Shown here: positions 26,479 through 40,296 of the stretch, in pieces | Layout of the letters: each line of letters begins with the position of its first letter | How positions within the stretch are numbered: the stretch's first letter is position 1 | DNA from: Eledone cirrhosa | Taxonomy: Eukaryota | Reading direction: 5' to 3' | Length of the DNA: 64,000 bases | Assembly: GCA_964016885.1 (NCBI GenBank) | Contig: OZ024742.1 | Location: 147,436,001 to 147,500,000, forward strand | Translations under genes and position numbers: made by a program | The notes under the pieces: model-generated | What the model saw: the letters and a program-made list of their open reading frames with translations, nothing else | What the model was told of the DNA's origin: nothing | The model's database searches: none

Positions 26479-27064
26479 TACAAGGATCATCAAACAACTC
26501 CTAGGTAACATCCCAACATTTTTGTTATTATTATATTTTTAACAATTAATGTCTCATTTGCATCATGGTAGCCTTTTAATAAAACATTGTATATATTAGT
26601 TTATAAAAAACAGGAGATAGTGTTCATTACAATTGTAGAGTGTAGTACTTTATTTAGACTGATCTAAATGCTACAGGATCATCCTAAATAAGCAGTTTAT
26701 TAGACATATATATATATATTTATAAATAATGTGTGTATATATGTATGTATATGTATATAGAAATATATGTATGTATGTATATTTATATATAAATATGTAT
26801 GTATGTATATAATGTGCATCATTCAACTGTATATTAGCAATATATCAGATATGTTTACGTAAGTGTTAATGAAATATTTTACTGTCTCCACTTATGTAAC
26901 ATCTCACTTGAGAAGTCAGTGAAATAACTAAGGGAGACTACTTATGAATCATGATATAATTTATAATTAATAAAATACAATATAGAATCAAAATGAAAGA
27001 AAATATTAAGTCAACACTAAATGTGTCAATCGGTTAAGGGGTGTTGGAGCCTGCCTCTAATATT

Positions 27065-27160
27065 CTTATAGTCAAGCCAACACACAGGCAGCATTGCTGT
27101 GGCTGATAGCAAGGCTAAGGCACTGGAACAGCCAAGCACCCTCATGGGCATCACTGCCGT
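27065..27160 (-). mobile_element. Short 3'-end remnant of a CRE element related to the 10-13 kb copy
   Basis: Minus strand reads HEGAWLFQCLSLAISHSNAACVLA*, versus REGAWLFQRISFAITRGNAASVLAC in the larger copy. Confidence 0.7.
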
Positions 27161-27745
27161 GAGCATTGAACAATTTAATTTTCCAGTTTTAATTAGAAAC
27201 GGTCACAAATATGAATAAAATAAATGCAGTTTACACACAGCAATTTATTAGAATCCTTTACAATTGTTTCAGTGCATAAAAATCCTGTGTGTTTTCCTTG
27301 TTGAATGTTTCTGTATCAGACTTAACCCTTTAACATTTAATCTGGCTGTATCCAGCCAGAATTTTCTCACCTCTCTCTGTTCAAACCAGCTGCCCATCGA
27401 ACATTAAGGTATTGTTCTCAAAATAAATGATACAAAAATCTCATAGATTCGATATTATGTGAGATAAATCTTTTACTGTGAAAATACAACAGTAAATATA
27501 GAGTAATGTGAATGCTAAAGGGTTAAACAGCTTATTTTACTTCCATGCATTGGAAGAGTTTTTATGCACTTCTGCAGAATGCAAATTTCTGACAAATTTG
27601 TCTCTTCTTTGTTAACATCTCCAGTATATTAAAAGGCATGTCCACGTACTACTGGGGTAAGGGTATAATAAACTGATGGGTTTTAAGGGAATCATAGAAT
27701 AATGTTGGATATAGTCAAGTAGTGATATTTTACAGTGGAGGGGTT

Positions 27746-27776
<31 letters not shown>

Positions 27777-27940
27777 GACCATTCTTTATTATTGCTAAAT
27801 GATGAGTCTTGTTACTCTGGAGTTTCATCTGTGTCCTCACAAGATGTCTGATGATTCTGTGAGTACATAGGTGTAACTCTAGTGTAGATTCATCACTTAG
27901 CCATTATATATAATATTAAATTCTATTTGAGTATTGTTTA

Positions 27941-28083
<143 letters not shown>

Positions 28084-28224
28084 AGTGTATAAGTTGATTC
28101 AGATAAAACTGAAAAGATTGTGATATACAATGATTGCCTTTCTTCCTTTTTATAAACATTTTTTTGGAAATAAAAATCATACAATTTGAATTGTTGTATT
28201 TGTTTCATGGTGAGTTTGCCCTCA

Positions 28225-30076
28225 CAAGTGCCAAGAAGAAAGCTGCGTGGAAGAGCCATTATGAAATATTACTAAATGCGGAGAATGCATGGGAAAAAGA
28301 GACCCTACCCCAAATGGACCCTATAGAGGGGCCAGCAGTACAAGTCAGCAGCAGCGTAGTAAGGCAATCAAAGATATGAAGACGGGGAAGGCAACCGGAC
28401 CATCGGATATAGCTGCCGAGATGCTGAAGGCATCTGGGTTGGTAGGTCACACCATAACCACACATATTGTTAACCAGGTAATACTAGAAGGTGTCATACC
28501 AAAGGATTGGCGCAGCAGCATCATTGTCAACTGCTACAAGGATAAAGGTGATGCACTAGATAGAGGAAACTATAGAGGTATAAAGCTGTTGGACCAGGTC
28601 AGGAAAGTAACGGAAAGAGTTATAGCACGGTTGATTAGGGACCGGGTGAAACTAGGGATGCAATTTGGGTTTGTACCAGGAAAAGGCACTACTGTTGCCC
28701 TCTTCCTTGTGAGGCAGTTACAGGAAAAGTACTTAGCTAAAAGTAAGCTGCTCTACCTGGCATTCGTCGATCTGGAAAAAGCCTTCAACAGAGTCCCCCG
28801 TGCTATAATCTGGTGGTCTCTTAGAAAATTAGGAGTAGATGAATGGCTTGTGAAAGCTGTACAAGCCATGTATAGAGGAACAGTCAACAAAGTTAGAGTT
28901 AGCAATGAATTTAGCATACAGGTCGGTGTCCACCAGGGCTCTATTCTTAGCCCTCTCCTGTTCATTATAGTTTTGCAGGAAATAGCAGAGGAGTTTAAGA
29001 CCGGATGCCCATGGGAACTCCTGTATGTGGATGATCTCGCACTTATAGCTGAATCCATGGAACTAGAGAAGAAATTCCAAACATGGAAAATTCCAAACCT
29101 GACAAAGACTAAGGTTCTTGTAAGTAGACGAGAAAACAGAACCCAGATCCCCTCAGGGAAATGGCCTTGCTCAGTGTGTAGGTAAGAACTCCATCCTCTG
29201 CCCCAAATGCAAACAATGGGTACACAAGAGATGTAGCGGGATCTCAGGAAGTTTAATTAAGAATGTAGGTTTCATATGTAGCAGGAAACAAACACCACCA
29301 AACTCTGGGAGGGCTCTGTAGAAACAGTAGACAGCTTCTGCTACCTAGGTGATCGAATTAACAGAGGAGGTGGGTGTTCGGAAAGTACAATAACTAGGGT
29401 AAGAACGGGATGGAAGAAGTTCAGGGAGCTGCTGCCACTGCTAGCTGCAAAAGGCTTTTCCCTCAAAATGAAAGGCAGACTATGATGCGTATATACGAAC
29501 AGCAATGTTACATGGTAGTAAGACCTGGGCGCTGTCTGTAGAAGACAGGAATCAAATGCTGTGTGCAGGAGAGGAGGTTACATTGGTATGGACATGTGAT
29601 GCGTAGGAAGGATGACAGCTGCAGAGCACTGGAAGTTGTGGAGTGGGGAGACCTGGGATCAGGTGATAAAGGCCGACCTTACCCAATTGCTCCTCTCAAG
29701 GGCAATGACACACGACCGTGACCTCTGGTGTCACGCAGTAACACAGAAGGCCTGACCCCCCCACAGGAACAAGCCGAAGCTGAAGCATATAGACTAGGCC
29801 CCATCCCCTCCCACTGCAAAGTGGTCGTGGAGGTGCCACGGCAAAAAAGCACCCAGCCCACACTGTAAAGTGGACATGTAGGTGTCATGGAAAAAAGCAC
29901 CCAGCACTCACTATAAATGAGATTGGTGTTAGGAAGGGCATCCAGCTGTAGAAATCAAACCAAAATCAGTTCCTCTATGAGCAAGACAAGGTCAGCCGAC
30001 TGGACACTGCTCACAACAGGACAACCCGTCTAACCCATGCTAGCATGGAAGAACGGACATAAAAACGATGATGATG
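28225..30076 (+). mobile_element. 5'-truncated RTE-clade LINE (RT domain, 3' UTR, (GAT)n tail)
   Basis: ORF 28289-29185 has NYRGIKLL, QFGFVPGKGT, FVDLEKAFNRVP, GVHQGSILSPLLF, LLYVDD; downstream frameshifts and stops. Confidence 0.92.
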
Positions 30077-30649
30077 GTGTTCATCATCACACCTATGCAG
30101 GTTTACTTGGCCTTCTACAAGGTTGCATGTCATTAGGTTTTTTTGGGGTGTTTTAATGATAGGAGCCTTGGTTCTAGTAGGTTGTTACAGCTCACACCTA
30201 TATAGGTCTAACTGGTTGCCTATGAGGTTGCATCTTATAGGAGGTTTCTAGGGTTTTTTAATGATATGGGTTCCCGTATATTATGTTACAGCTCACATCT
30301 AGGTATGTTTAGCTGGCCTTCTACAAATTTACATCTCAAAGGAGGTTCCTTGGGTATTTTAATGATAGAGGACTAAGTCATGAAAAGATTTCCCATCACT
30401 AAACCAGACACCAGTCTGTTGCAGGGTTTAACTCAAAGCTGTTGTTGTTGCTGATACTCATTTTTTCTGCTGAGTAGACTGGAGCAATGTGAAATGAAGC
30501 ATTTTGCTCAGTGACATAATGTGCAGCCTAATTAACTAATCAAATCCATGATTTTGTAATCTAGACTCCAACACCCTAACCACTAGGTCATGTGCATTCA
30601 CACAATTTTAATTATGAAACTTTTTTTTCTTGGCCCACTTATTCCTGGG

Positions 30650-32000
30650 AGGGTTGTTGGGGAAGAGTCCAAACACGTCTTCTAACGAGTTCTGTCAGAA
30701 GCAAATGTCTCCAATTGATCTGGCTGGATCTCCAAGCATGACCAGCCAAGCTCATTAGTGCTATCCAACCATCTTGCTCTGAGTCTCTTGACAGTTGGTT
30801 TTTGTCCATAAAATCTGTCGAACAATTCTTTCCTGAGATATTTTAACCACATGTCAGTAGAGTCAGAGCTGTGATCTCTCAATTCGGAGAAGTAGCAGCT
30901 CTACCCAGAGTGACTCTGATCTCTGAGCTACTCACTCTTTTGGGTAACGTTAAATCAAAACCCTTCAGAGGAACCTCATTTCGGCCGCTAGTATTAGTGA
31001 TCATATTCTTTCGGTCATTACCCAAGATTCATGACTATAAGTGAGGGTTGGCACAAATACCGAATTGAAGCTAGGGAGTTTAGCTTTTATACTTTTACAC
31101 CCACCTCCTATCTTTTGATGGCTGAATCCTGAAGCTGAGGCATTACTGCAACAGCTCCTGCAATTTTGCACTCACATCAGCTTCCTGCCTTCCATCTCTC
31201 ATGAACATGGCCCTGAGACACTTGATCTTCTCCACCTGGAGAATTCCACTCACATGTAGAGTGCACTGCTAGGTTTTCTTGAGAGGACGAGTGTTTCAGT
31301 CTTTGCAGCACTGATTTTCATTCTTTCTGTGCAGCACTCAGCATCAGACCTATTGAGTGCATATCGGAGATTACCTGATGAGTTAAGTCTACAAATTCCA
31401 GTCAACTGATCCTACACTCACCAGTCTTGATACATCTTCTTACCTGGCTGTGCATATCAATCCTGTCTTTGAAGATTATGAACAGGAGAGGTGACAGTAT
31501 GCACTCTTGGCAGAGTCTGACACCCACATTGAATAGTTTCGAATTAGCACCATTTATCCAAGCACAATTACTAAAACATTCATATAGAGATATCAGGGCA
31601 GCAAGAAGCTGTCCATTGATCCCATACTTCTGCAGCACCTTCCATACAGACCCTGTGGAATGTGGTCATATGGCTTTTTGAGGTCTATGAAGGAAATATA
31701 CACCTCTTCACAATACTCTCATTATTTTTCAAAGATCTGCTGCAATGTGATATTTGGCCGGCTGTGCTGCATCCACGGTGAAACCGATGCTGTTTATCAG
31801 CTAACTTGGACTCGACAATATCCCTACAGGCTCTCTGCCAGACACTTTGCATAGACTTTACCAGGAAGGTTTAAAAATGAGTTCCCTCTATAATTGGAAC
31901 CATCTCTCTTGTCTTCCTTTTTAAAAATTGAGATTATCACTCCTGGTTGTCATTGCTTAAGTGCCTTTCCAGAGATCCAGGCCACTCAGCACACACAAGT
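30650..32000 (-). mobile_element. Decayed LINE of a second RTE-like family (related ends at about 34600-34790 on + and 63800-64000 on -)
   Basis: VGVRLCQECILSPLLFIIF; shared C-terminal WLDxxxELxWSxLxIQ motif in the three copies. Confidence 0.65.
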
Positions 32001-32634
32001 CAGTCAGAAAATAACTTCTGATAGCATGTGTGGAGGACTTCTTATTATGAAGTTGGAGGATGGTTTGTCAGAATACTTTATTTGCTGATCTGAAGTTGAA
32101 TACAAATCCTTCCTCGAGGAAGTACCTGCAGAGTTAGAATGATCAAACTTTATTAGTGAAATGGTAAAATCAGGAATCCAAGGAAATTGGATTGGCACCT
32201 ACAGATTTGATGTATTTTATTTGGTTGACCTTGAAAGGATGAAAAGCAAAGTTGAACTCGGAATCTAAAGAGCCAGAATTACTGCAAAGCATTTTTTACT
32301 CATTCTGCCAATCCAATGCCTTAACCCTTTAATGTTAAAACCGGCCAGAATTCTCTACCTTTTTCTGTTGAAACTGGCTGTAACTGGTCACTCAAACTGA
32401 TGTTACGGTATTGTTCTCAAAATAAATACTTTCAAAATCTCATAGATTCGATATTATGTGAGATAAAGCATTTACCATGAAAATATAATAGTATATATAG
32501 AGTAATGTGAATGCTAAAGGGTTAAAATAATAATGACTTCTAATTTAGGAACAAGGCCATTTGAGGAGAGAGGAGGACAGTTGGTTAAAGGAACTCCAGT
32601 ATTTGACTAGCAATATATTTTATTGACCATAGAA

Positions 32635-33181
32635 AGAGGGAGGTTGCATTGGTATGGACATGTGATGTGTATGAAGGATGACAGCTGCATAAAAAGGTGC
32701 AGAGCACTAGAAGTCGATGGAAGCCGCGGAGTGGGGAGACCCAAGAAGACCTGGGACAAGGTGATAAAAGCTGACCTTACCCAATTGCATCTCTCAAAGG
32801 TGATGACACATGACCGTGACCTCTGGCGTCACGCAGTAACACAGAAGACCCGACTTCCCATGGGTACAAGCTGAAGCATATAGACAATATGCCCCCACAC
32901 CCTCCCACTGCAAAGTTGTCGTGGAGGTGCCACGGCAAAAAAGCACCCAGCCCACTCTGTAAAGTGGCCATGTAGGCACCACGGAAAAAAAGCACCCAGC
33001 ACTCACTGTAAATGAGGTTGGTGTTAGGAAGGGCATCCAGCTGTAGAAATCAAGCCAGAATCAGTTCCCGTATGAGCAAGACAAGGTCAGCCATCCGGAC
33101 ACTGCCCACAACAGGACAACTCGTCTAACCCATGCTAGCATGGAAGAACGGACGTAAAATGGTGATGATGATGATGATGAT
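32635..33181 (+). mobile_element. RTE LINE 3' end
   Basis: RLHWYGHV...GRPKKTW, then a 3' UTR nearly identical to 29570-30076 and (GAT)n. Confidence 0.88.
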
Positions 33182-36100
33182 AGAAAAATGAAAGGCAAAG
33201 TTGACCATGGTGGGATTTGAACTCAGAACATAAAGGCTGGTAGAAATACCAAAGTATTTTTTCTGCCATTCTAATGATTCTGCCAATCCACCTCCTTAAT
33301 ATTAATTATTTCTACTGTTGGCACAAGGCCAGAAATAGGGAGAGAAAAGGAAAGTTAGATTAACCCCTGTGTGTTACTGGTACTTTATTTTATCAACCAA
33401 GTAAGGATGAAAGTCAAAGCTAACCTTGGCAGGATTTGAACTCAGAACGTAAAGGGCCATAACTATATACTGCAAAGCATGCCCCACGCTTTACCAATGC
33501 TGCCAATCCACTGCCCTCAACCACCCTAATAATGGTTTCTGATTTAGGCACTAGGCCAACAATTTTGGGGAGAAGGGGAAATTTGATTAAATCGACCCCA
33601 GTGCATTACTGGTGCTCTCTTTATTTTATCAACCCCATGAGGATGAAAAGCAAAGCTAGACTCGGTGAGATTTGAAATCAGAACGTAAAGGGACATAACT
33701 ATGCTGCCATGCATGTTGCTCAACACTACCAATACTGCCAATTCAATGCCTTCAACCACCCTAATAATTGTTTCTACGTTTGGCACAAGGCCAGCAATTA
33801 CCCAGTACATTACTGGTACTTTATTTTATCGACCCCGTAAGGATGAAAAGCAAAGTTAACTTAGAATGGCAAAGGCCGTAACTCCATGCGTCAAAGCTTG
33901 GCGTCCGACCCTCTACCGATACTGCCAATCCACCGCCCTTCAACTACCCTAATAATAATAATAACAACAACAATATCAATCCTTTCTTTATTAACCACTG
34001 AAGGCAATTACATAGAAAACACTTATAATACATGAAACATCAAAAAGGAAGCTTACAAAGGTGTGTAGGGTAGGCCATACAAAGTATACATAGATATGGG
34101 AACAAGTTTAAAAGTTCATTAAAAAAAATAATTATATAGGTTACAACAAAGCACATTTATTTGTCCCATATATTGAGGGATTGGTATATGAGTAGGCATG
34201 TAATGCCCTAGCTCAACTTGTCTCCTCACCCCATCCTCAGTTTTAAACCTGATGCATATGACTGCTCCATCTAACCTCTTACATCTGATATAGGACATGC
34301 AACTTCACATATTGACCAGATCTACTTCTAACTCTTCATTTGAGGTCACAAGTGAAGTCACTGTAGCTTTAGAAATACATAAATAATTTGCTTTCCTTCT
34401 GTAATAGTATCAAGGGCAAATCCCACTTGGTTTTGTTACTAGTGCTGCCAAACTATTTTCCTTCTATAGTATCTGGGGCAAATCACACTTGGTTTTGTTA
34501 CTATTTTCCTTCCAGTTAGCTGATTCAATAGCAAAGTACAAATTCTGACTCACACCTCTTTTGACGACATCAGTACTTCCAGAAATATCTTTTGGGTAAA
34601 AATGTGTTTTGAAACAGGATACCCAGGGGGTGACCCCAAGCAAGAGGGTTGGACAACATCCATGAGCTTGGCTCGTCTCGCTTGGGGATCCAGAATTGGA
34701 GTAGGTTGCTTCTGAGAGAACCCACCGGAAGGAATGTTTGAGGACTTTACCCCATACGACTCTCAGAAATAAGTGGTTAAGAAGAAGAGAAAAAGCGAAA
34801 AATGTGTGCTGCTGCTGCTGCTGTTGCCAAACTTTTCATTAGAATTTCTCACAATAGTACTGCAGAAAATATCGTTCAAAATATTTTGTAAAATATTTCC
34901 TATTAGTTTTCTTGTTTTTCATGTTCTGTGGAATTACATTCACCTTCTTTATTTTTGTTTAGCTCTGAGCTACCATGTTGTGTGTGTATGTGTGTAGAGT
35001 GAAGAGAAATATGGGGGAAATTGTTGAATAACATGTTTAATTTGGTCTAAACCCTGTATGGGTAGGATTCCAAGTTGTCCAAACACTGTATGAGAATGAA
35101 TTTTAAAAGATTTATTCGTTCTTACTGTTTCACTTGTAAATCCGTAATCTTTATGAGCAATAAAAAAACATGTCTGAACAGAGCAGTAGCATATAATAAT
35201 AGTTTCTGATTTAGGTACAAGGCCAGCAATTTTTGAGGTGGGGAAAGTTGATTAAATCAACCCCTGTGCATTACTGGTACTTTATTTTATTATTTTATAA
35301 ACCCTATAAGAATAAAAATCAAAGCTTACCTCAGCGGGATTTGAACTCAGAACATAAGAAACATAACTATATGCTGCAAAGCATGCTGTCCAATGCTCAA
35401 CCAATACCACCAATTCATCACATATAATAAGGGTTTCTGATTTAGGCACAAGCCAGTAATTTGAAAGGAAGGGGAAATTCGATTAAATTTAACCCCAGTG
35501 TGATACTGGTACTTTGTTTTATCGACCCTATTACTGGTACTTTATTTTATCAAAGCTAACCTCAGTGGGATTTGAACTCAGAACATAAAGGGTTATGACT
35601 ATATGCTGCAAAGCATGGTGTCCAATGCCCTACCAATACCACCAATCCACCACATATAACAATACTAATAATAATTGTTTCTAGTTATGGCACAAGGCCA
35701 GCAATTATTCCAGTGCATTACTGGTACTTTATTTTATCGACCCCGTAAAGATGGAAGGCAAATCTAACCTCGGCAGGATTTGAATTCAGAACGTAAAGGG
35801 CCATAACTCTATGCCACAAAGCATGGTGTCTGACGCTCTACCGATACTGCAAATCCACAATATAAATAATAATTGTTTCTATTTTTGGCATAAGGCCAGC
35901 AATTACCCCAGTGCATTACTGGTAATTTATTTTATCAACCCCGTAAGGATGAAAGGCAAAGTTAACCTCGGCGGGATTTGAACTCAGATCGTAATGGGAC
36001 GTAACTGTGCTGCAAAGCATGGCATCCGACCCTCTACCGATACTGCCAATCCACCGCCCTCTCATCTTATAATAATGGTTTGGAATTTTAGGTTGAAAGA

Positions 36101-38059
36101 AAAATCGATTACATTAAACCAGTACATGGTTGGTACTATATTTTATTGACCTTGGCAGGATTTGAATAATAATTGTTTCTACTTTAGGCACAAGGCCAGC
36201 AATTACCCAGTGCATTACTGGTACTTTATTTTATCGACCCCATAAGGATGAAAAGCAAAGTCAACCTTGGCGGGATTTGAACTCAGATCATAAAGGGACG
36301 TAACTATGCTGGAAAGCATGGCATCCGACCCTCTACCGATTCTGCCAATCCACCGCCCTTTGAATAATAATGATAGTAATATCCCAAATGTGGATGATGA
36401 AAACAGAAACAATCCTTATATGAGTCATGGTACATACATACACATACACCACACATAGACACACACACGTGTGCATGTGTATGGAGGGGGAATGTCAGTT
36501 GTAGTGTTGGCGAATTTTGGGAGTAGAGTGAAATGATTTGAAGAAACATTAGCTCAAAACTGAGGTGTTCTGGTAGAGAGAATACCTTGATGTCCGGTAG
36601 TGGCATCCTTAGGGATCCTTAGGGATGGACTACAGGTATACTACTTCTCAATTGACTCTCACCTCTGACTCAGGGACATTTTTCAGTCATATCCTGGTAA
36701 CTGTTTCTGCTTACAGGTTAAACTTAGTGAGGAATTAGATGTTTGTAGAGGAGATGGGCTTGTCCAAGCATTTCTAAGGCCCACTGAAATATCATGATGG
36801 TCACAGTCAAACGTCTAGAGTAACACCTCAAAAACTAGCTGCATCAGTTATTGGAACTTCATTTATTGATTAATATCCAGTTTTTTCAAGGCAACAAGTT
36901 GGCCTAGTCATGAGAATGTTTTGCAGTATTCATTCTGGTTCTTTCAGTATTCATTCTGGTTCAAATCCTGCCATGGTCAACTTTACATTTCATCCTTTCA
37001 GTTTAGCACTTTTGATACCTTGGTTTTATAAAATAACATTTTTTAATGTTCTAAAGATCAGCTTGATAATGAAAAGTTGAATATTTTACTAAATCCTTCC
37101 CATTTTTTTAATTATTTTCAAAATTAATTGAAACACGTTGGGAGTATATGTCATTAGAAATATTGTGATAAAAGGTGAAATTTGTTAGAATCCAACCTCA
37201 AGGAGCCATATCAAAAACACATGTGAATAGGTCAGTACTTGTAGTAGCTTGCTTTAATGAAGTACCAGGTGCTTGGCTATTCTATTAGCTCAGTCACATT
37301 ATCACTTGTGGTAATGTCATGTCTTGGCAGGTCTCAAATTTTTTTTTAGAAGGAAACATTAGCATTGTAATGTGTAATTGAGTGTCCATGTCATCATTTT
37401 TTTTTTCTTTCTGACTCTTTTGTATTGTTTCTTTTGTAAAGCATAAACTTTATATAATTTATGGAAAAACAAATGATTTCTTTATACATTTACTATCTTT
37501 TATAAATAATTGTTTCTATTTTGGGCACAAGGCCAGCAAATACCCAGTATATTACTGGTACTTTATTTTATCAACCCTGTAAGGATGAAAGGCAAAGTTA
37601 ACCTCGGCGGGATTTGAACTCAAGGGACGTAACTCTATGCTTCACAGCATGGTGTCTGACTCTCTACCTATACTGCCAATCCACCGCTCTTTTATAAATA
37701 ATTATTTCTACTTTAGGCACAAGACCAGCAATTACTCAGTACATTACTGGTACTTTATTTTATCGACCCCGTAAGGATGAAAGGCAAAGTTAACCTCGGT
37801 GGGATTTTATAAATAATTGTTTCTACTTTAGGCACAAGGCCAGCAATTACCCAGTGCATTACTGGTACTTTATTTTATCAACCCCGTAAGGATGAAAGGC
37901 AAAGTCAACCTCGGCGGGATTTGAACTCAGATCATAAAGGGACGTAACTATGTTGGAAAGCATGGCGTCCAACCCTCTACCGATACTGCCAATCCACAAT
38001 AATGGTTTCTAATTTAGGTACAAGGCCAACATTTTTGAGAGGAATGGAAAGTTGATTAA

Positions 38060-38280
38060 CCCTTTAGCATTTAAACCAGCCGTATCCGACTAGAATTCTC
38101 TCACATCTTTCTGTTTGAACTGGTCATAACCAGCTGTTCATACTTATGTTGAGGTATTGTTCTCAAAATAAACAATATAAAAATCTCATAGATTTGGTAT
38201 TATGTGAGATAATTATATGAAATAAAGCCTTTACCGTGAAAATACAATAGTAAATATAGAGGAAGGTAAATGCTAAAGGG
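38060..38280. mobile_element. piggyBac-type MITE with TTAA target duplication (other copies 27326-27522, 32325-32521, 62457-62674)
   Basis: TTAA|CCCTTTAGCATTTA...TAAATGCTAAAGGG|TTAA with a shared internal sequence. Confidence 0.85.
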
Positions 38281-38526
38281 TTAAACTGATTCCAGTACTT
38301 TATTTTATAACCCTCTGGAAAAAGAAATGCAAAGTTGACCTTGGTCCTTCATCTTTCTGAGGGAGTAGAGGGGGGGGGGATAAAATAGTAATAATTTCTA
38401 CAATTTTTAATAATATGACTCAGTGAGAAGGGTATGATTAGGTGAGGAGTCTTGAGTGGGAGTGTCAATGAATGGGGTTTGTGCACAGAAGGGCTTACTT
38501 TCTTTGTCACTGTGACTAAATAAACA

Positions 38527-39205
<679 letters not shown>

Positions 39206-39639
39206 ACAAATGTGGGTACAAATGAAAGAAAAGTGCAATCACCACATAATGTGGAAGTTCAATATATTTATATTAAGTTGGACTTATTTATGCATTACCA
39301 AAGAATTTTGCAGATAATCAATGCATCTAACTCCTTCAGGCACTTTTAAATAAGTGATAAGGAAATGGAGGAAGTTATTAAGTGGCATGTCATAAAATGC
39401 CTCCATTGTTTGATTATGGTTATGTGGTGGTAGGGAGATTACAGTCACATCAAATTTTTTCTGTCCATGTACAGATATGGATGGCTAATGATGTTTCATT
39501 GTGTCCTGAACCAACCACTAAAGGCTCTTTATGATATGCAAAAGCTTGAGTGTGTGTCCATGAAACATACACATATTGACCAGGTCCAAACACAAAGGAA
39601 CCAAACTCCCACTGTCACTGCCTCCGCCTCTCCTGCTTT

Positions 39640-39858
39640 CATTATAATGAGCACATCGGGGCTCACATGCTGGTCACCTCGTGGCCCCAGTAGACAGAAT
39701 AAAAAAGACATTTTCCAGGAGGACGGTGAGGGAGATGCTCTGGAAGAGCCATTCCAGCTTGCGAGGCTCACACCTGCGGATAGCCAACTCTATGCCAATG
39801 GTGGTGAGTAGGGAGGTGGCCCTAGGGCCAAGGACACCAGAAGTCTCCACTATCACAG
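39640..39858 (-). mobile_element. 3'-end remnant of the CRE family at 48 kb
   Basis: VETSGVLGPRATSLLTTIGIELAIRRCEPRKLEWLFQ is nearly identical to the 48028-48240 translation. Confidence 0.85.
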
Positions 39859-40002
39859 TCTCAACCGCCTCCTCATGCACACCATCCTCCATTTCCTTAT
39901 TATTTAAAAGCAACTAAAGGAGTTAAATGTGTTTATATCTACTGTTTAGAAATGCTTAAATAAGTCAAATTTATTAATACAAATACATATGTCTATACTT
40001 TA

Positions 40003-40296
40003 TTACATGTGAGTGTCGCTGAATGGAGTTTGTGGATATATGGAGTTATTTTCTGTGTCACTGTCACTAAAGACCGTCAAACTCTTATCTCCAATAGAAC
40101 TGCTTGGTGTTAAATCATAATGGCGACGGTAATTTGGAGATAGGAGTTCATGACTTATAGGACTAGATAAGGTTGATGTAGCAGCTTGTTTGTGAATGCA
40201 AGAACTTGATACACGGGATGAACGAGTCATTGAGACCCTTCGGAAGCGCATAGTGCTTGGGAAGCAGTTTAGTTTCATTTTGATGGTATGACGGAC
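40003..40296 (-). CDS. Class B GPCR last exon, helix 8 and Ser/Thr-rich C-tail (VRHTIKMKL...FSDTHM*)
   Basis: tttgcag|GTC continues NCE|VR; 97 aa then TAA; candidate AATAAA on - at 39970-39975. Confidence 0.85.
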   Translation of the reverse strand, partial: VRHTIKMKLNCFPSTMRFRRVSMTRSSRVSSSCIHKQAATSTLSSPISHELLSPNYRRHYDLTPSSSIGDKSLTVFSDSDTENNSIYPQTPFSDTHM

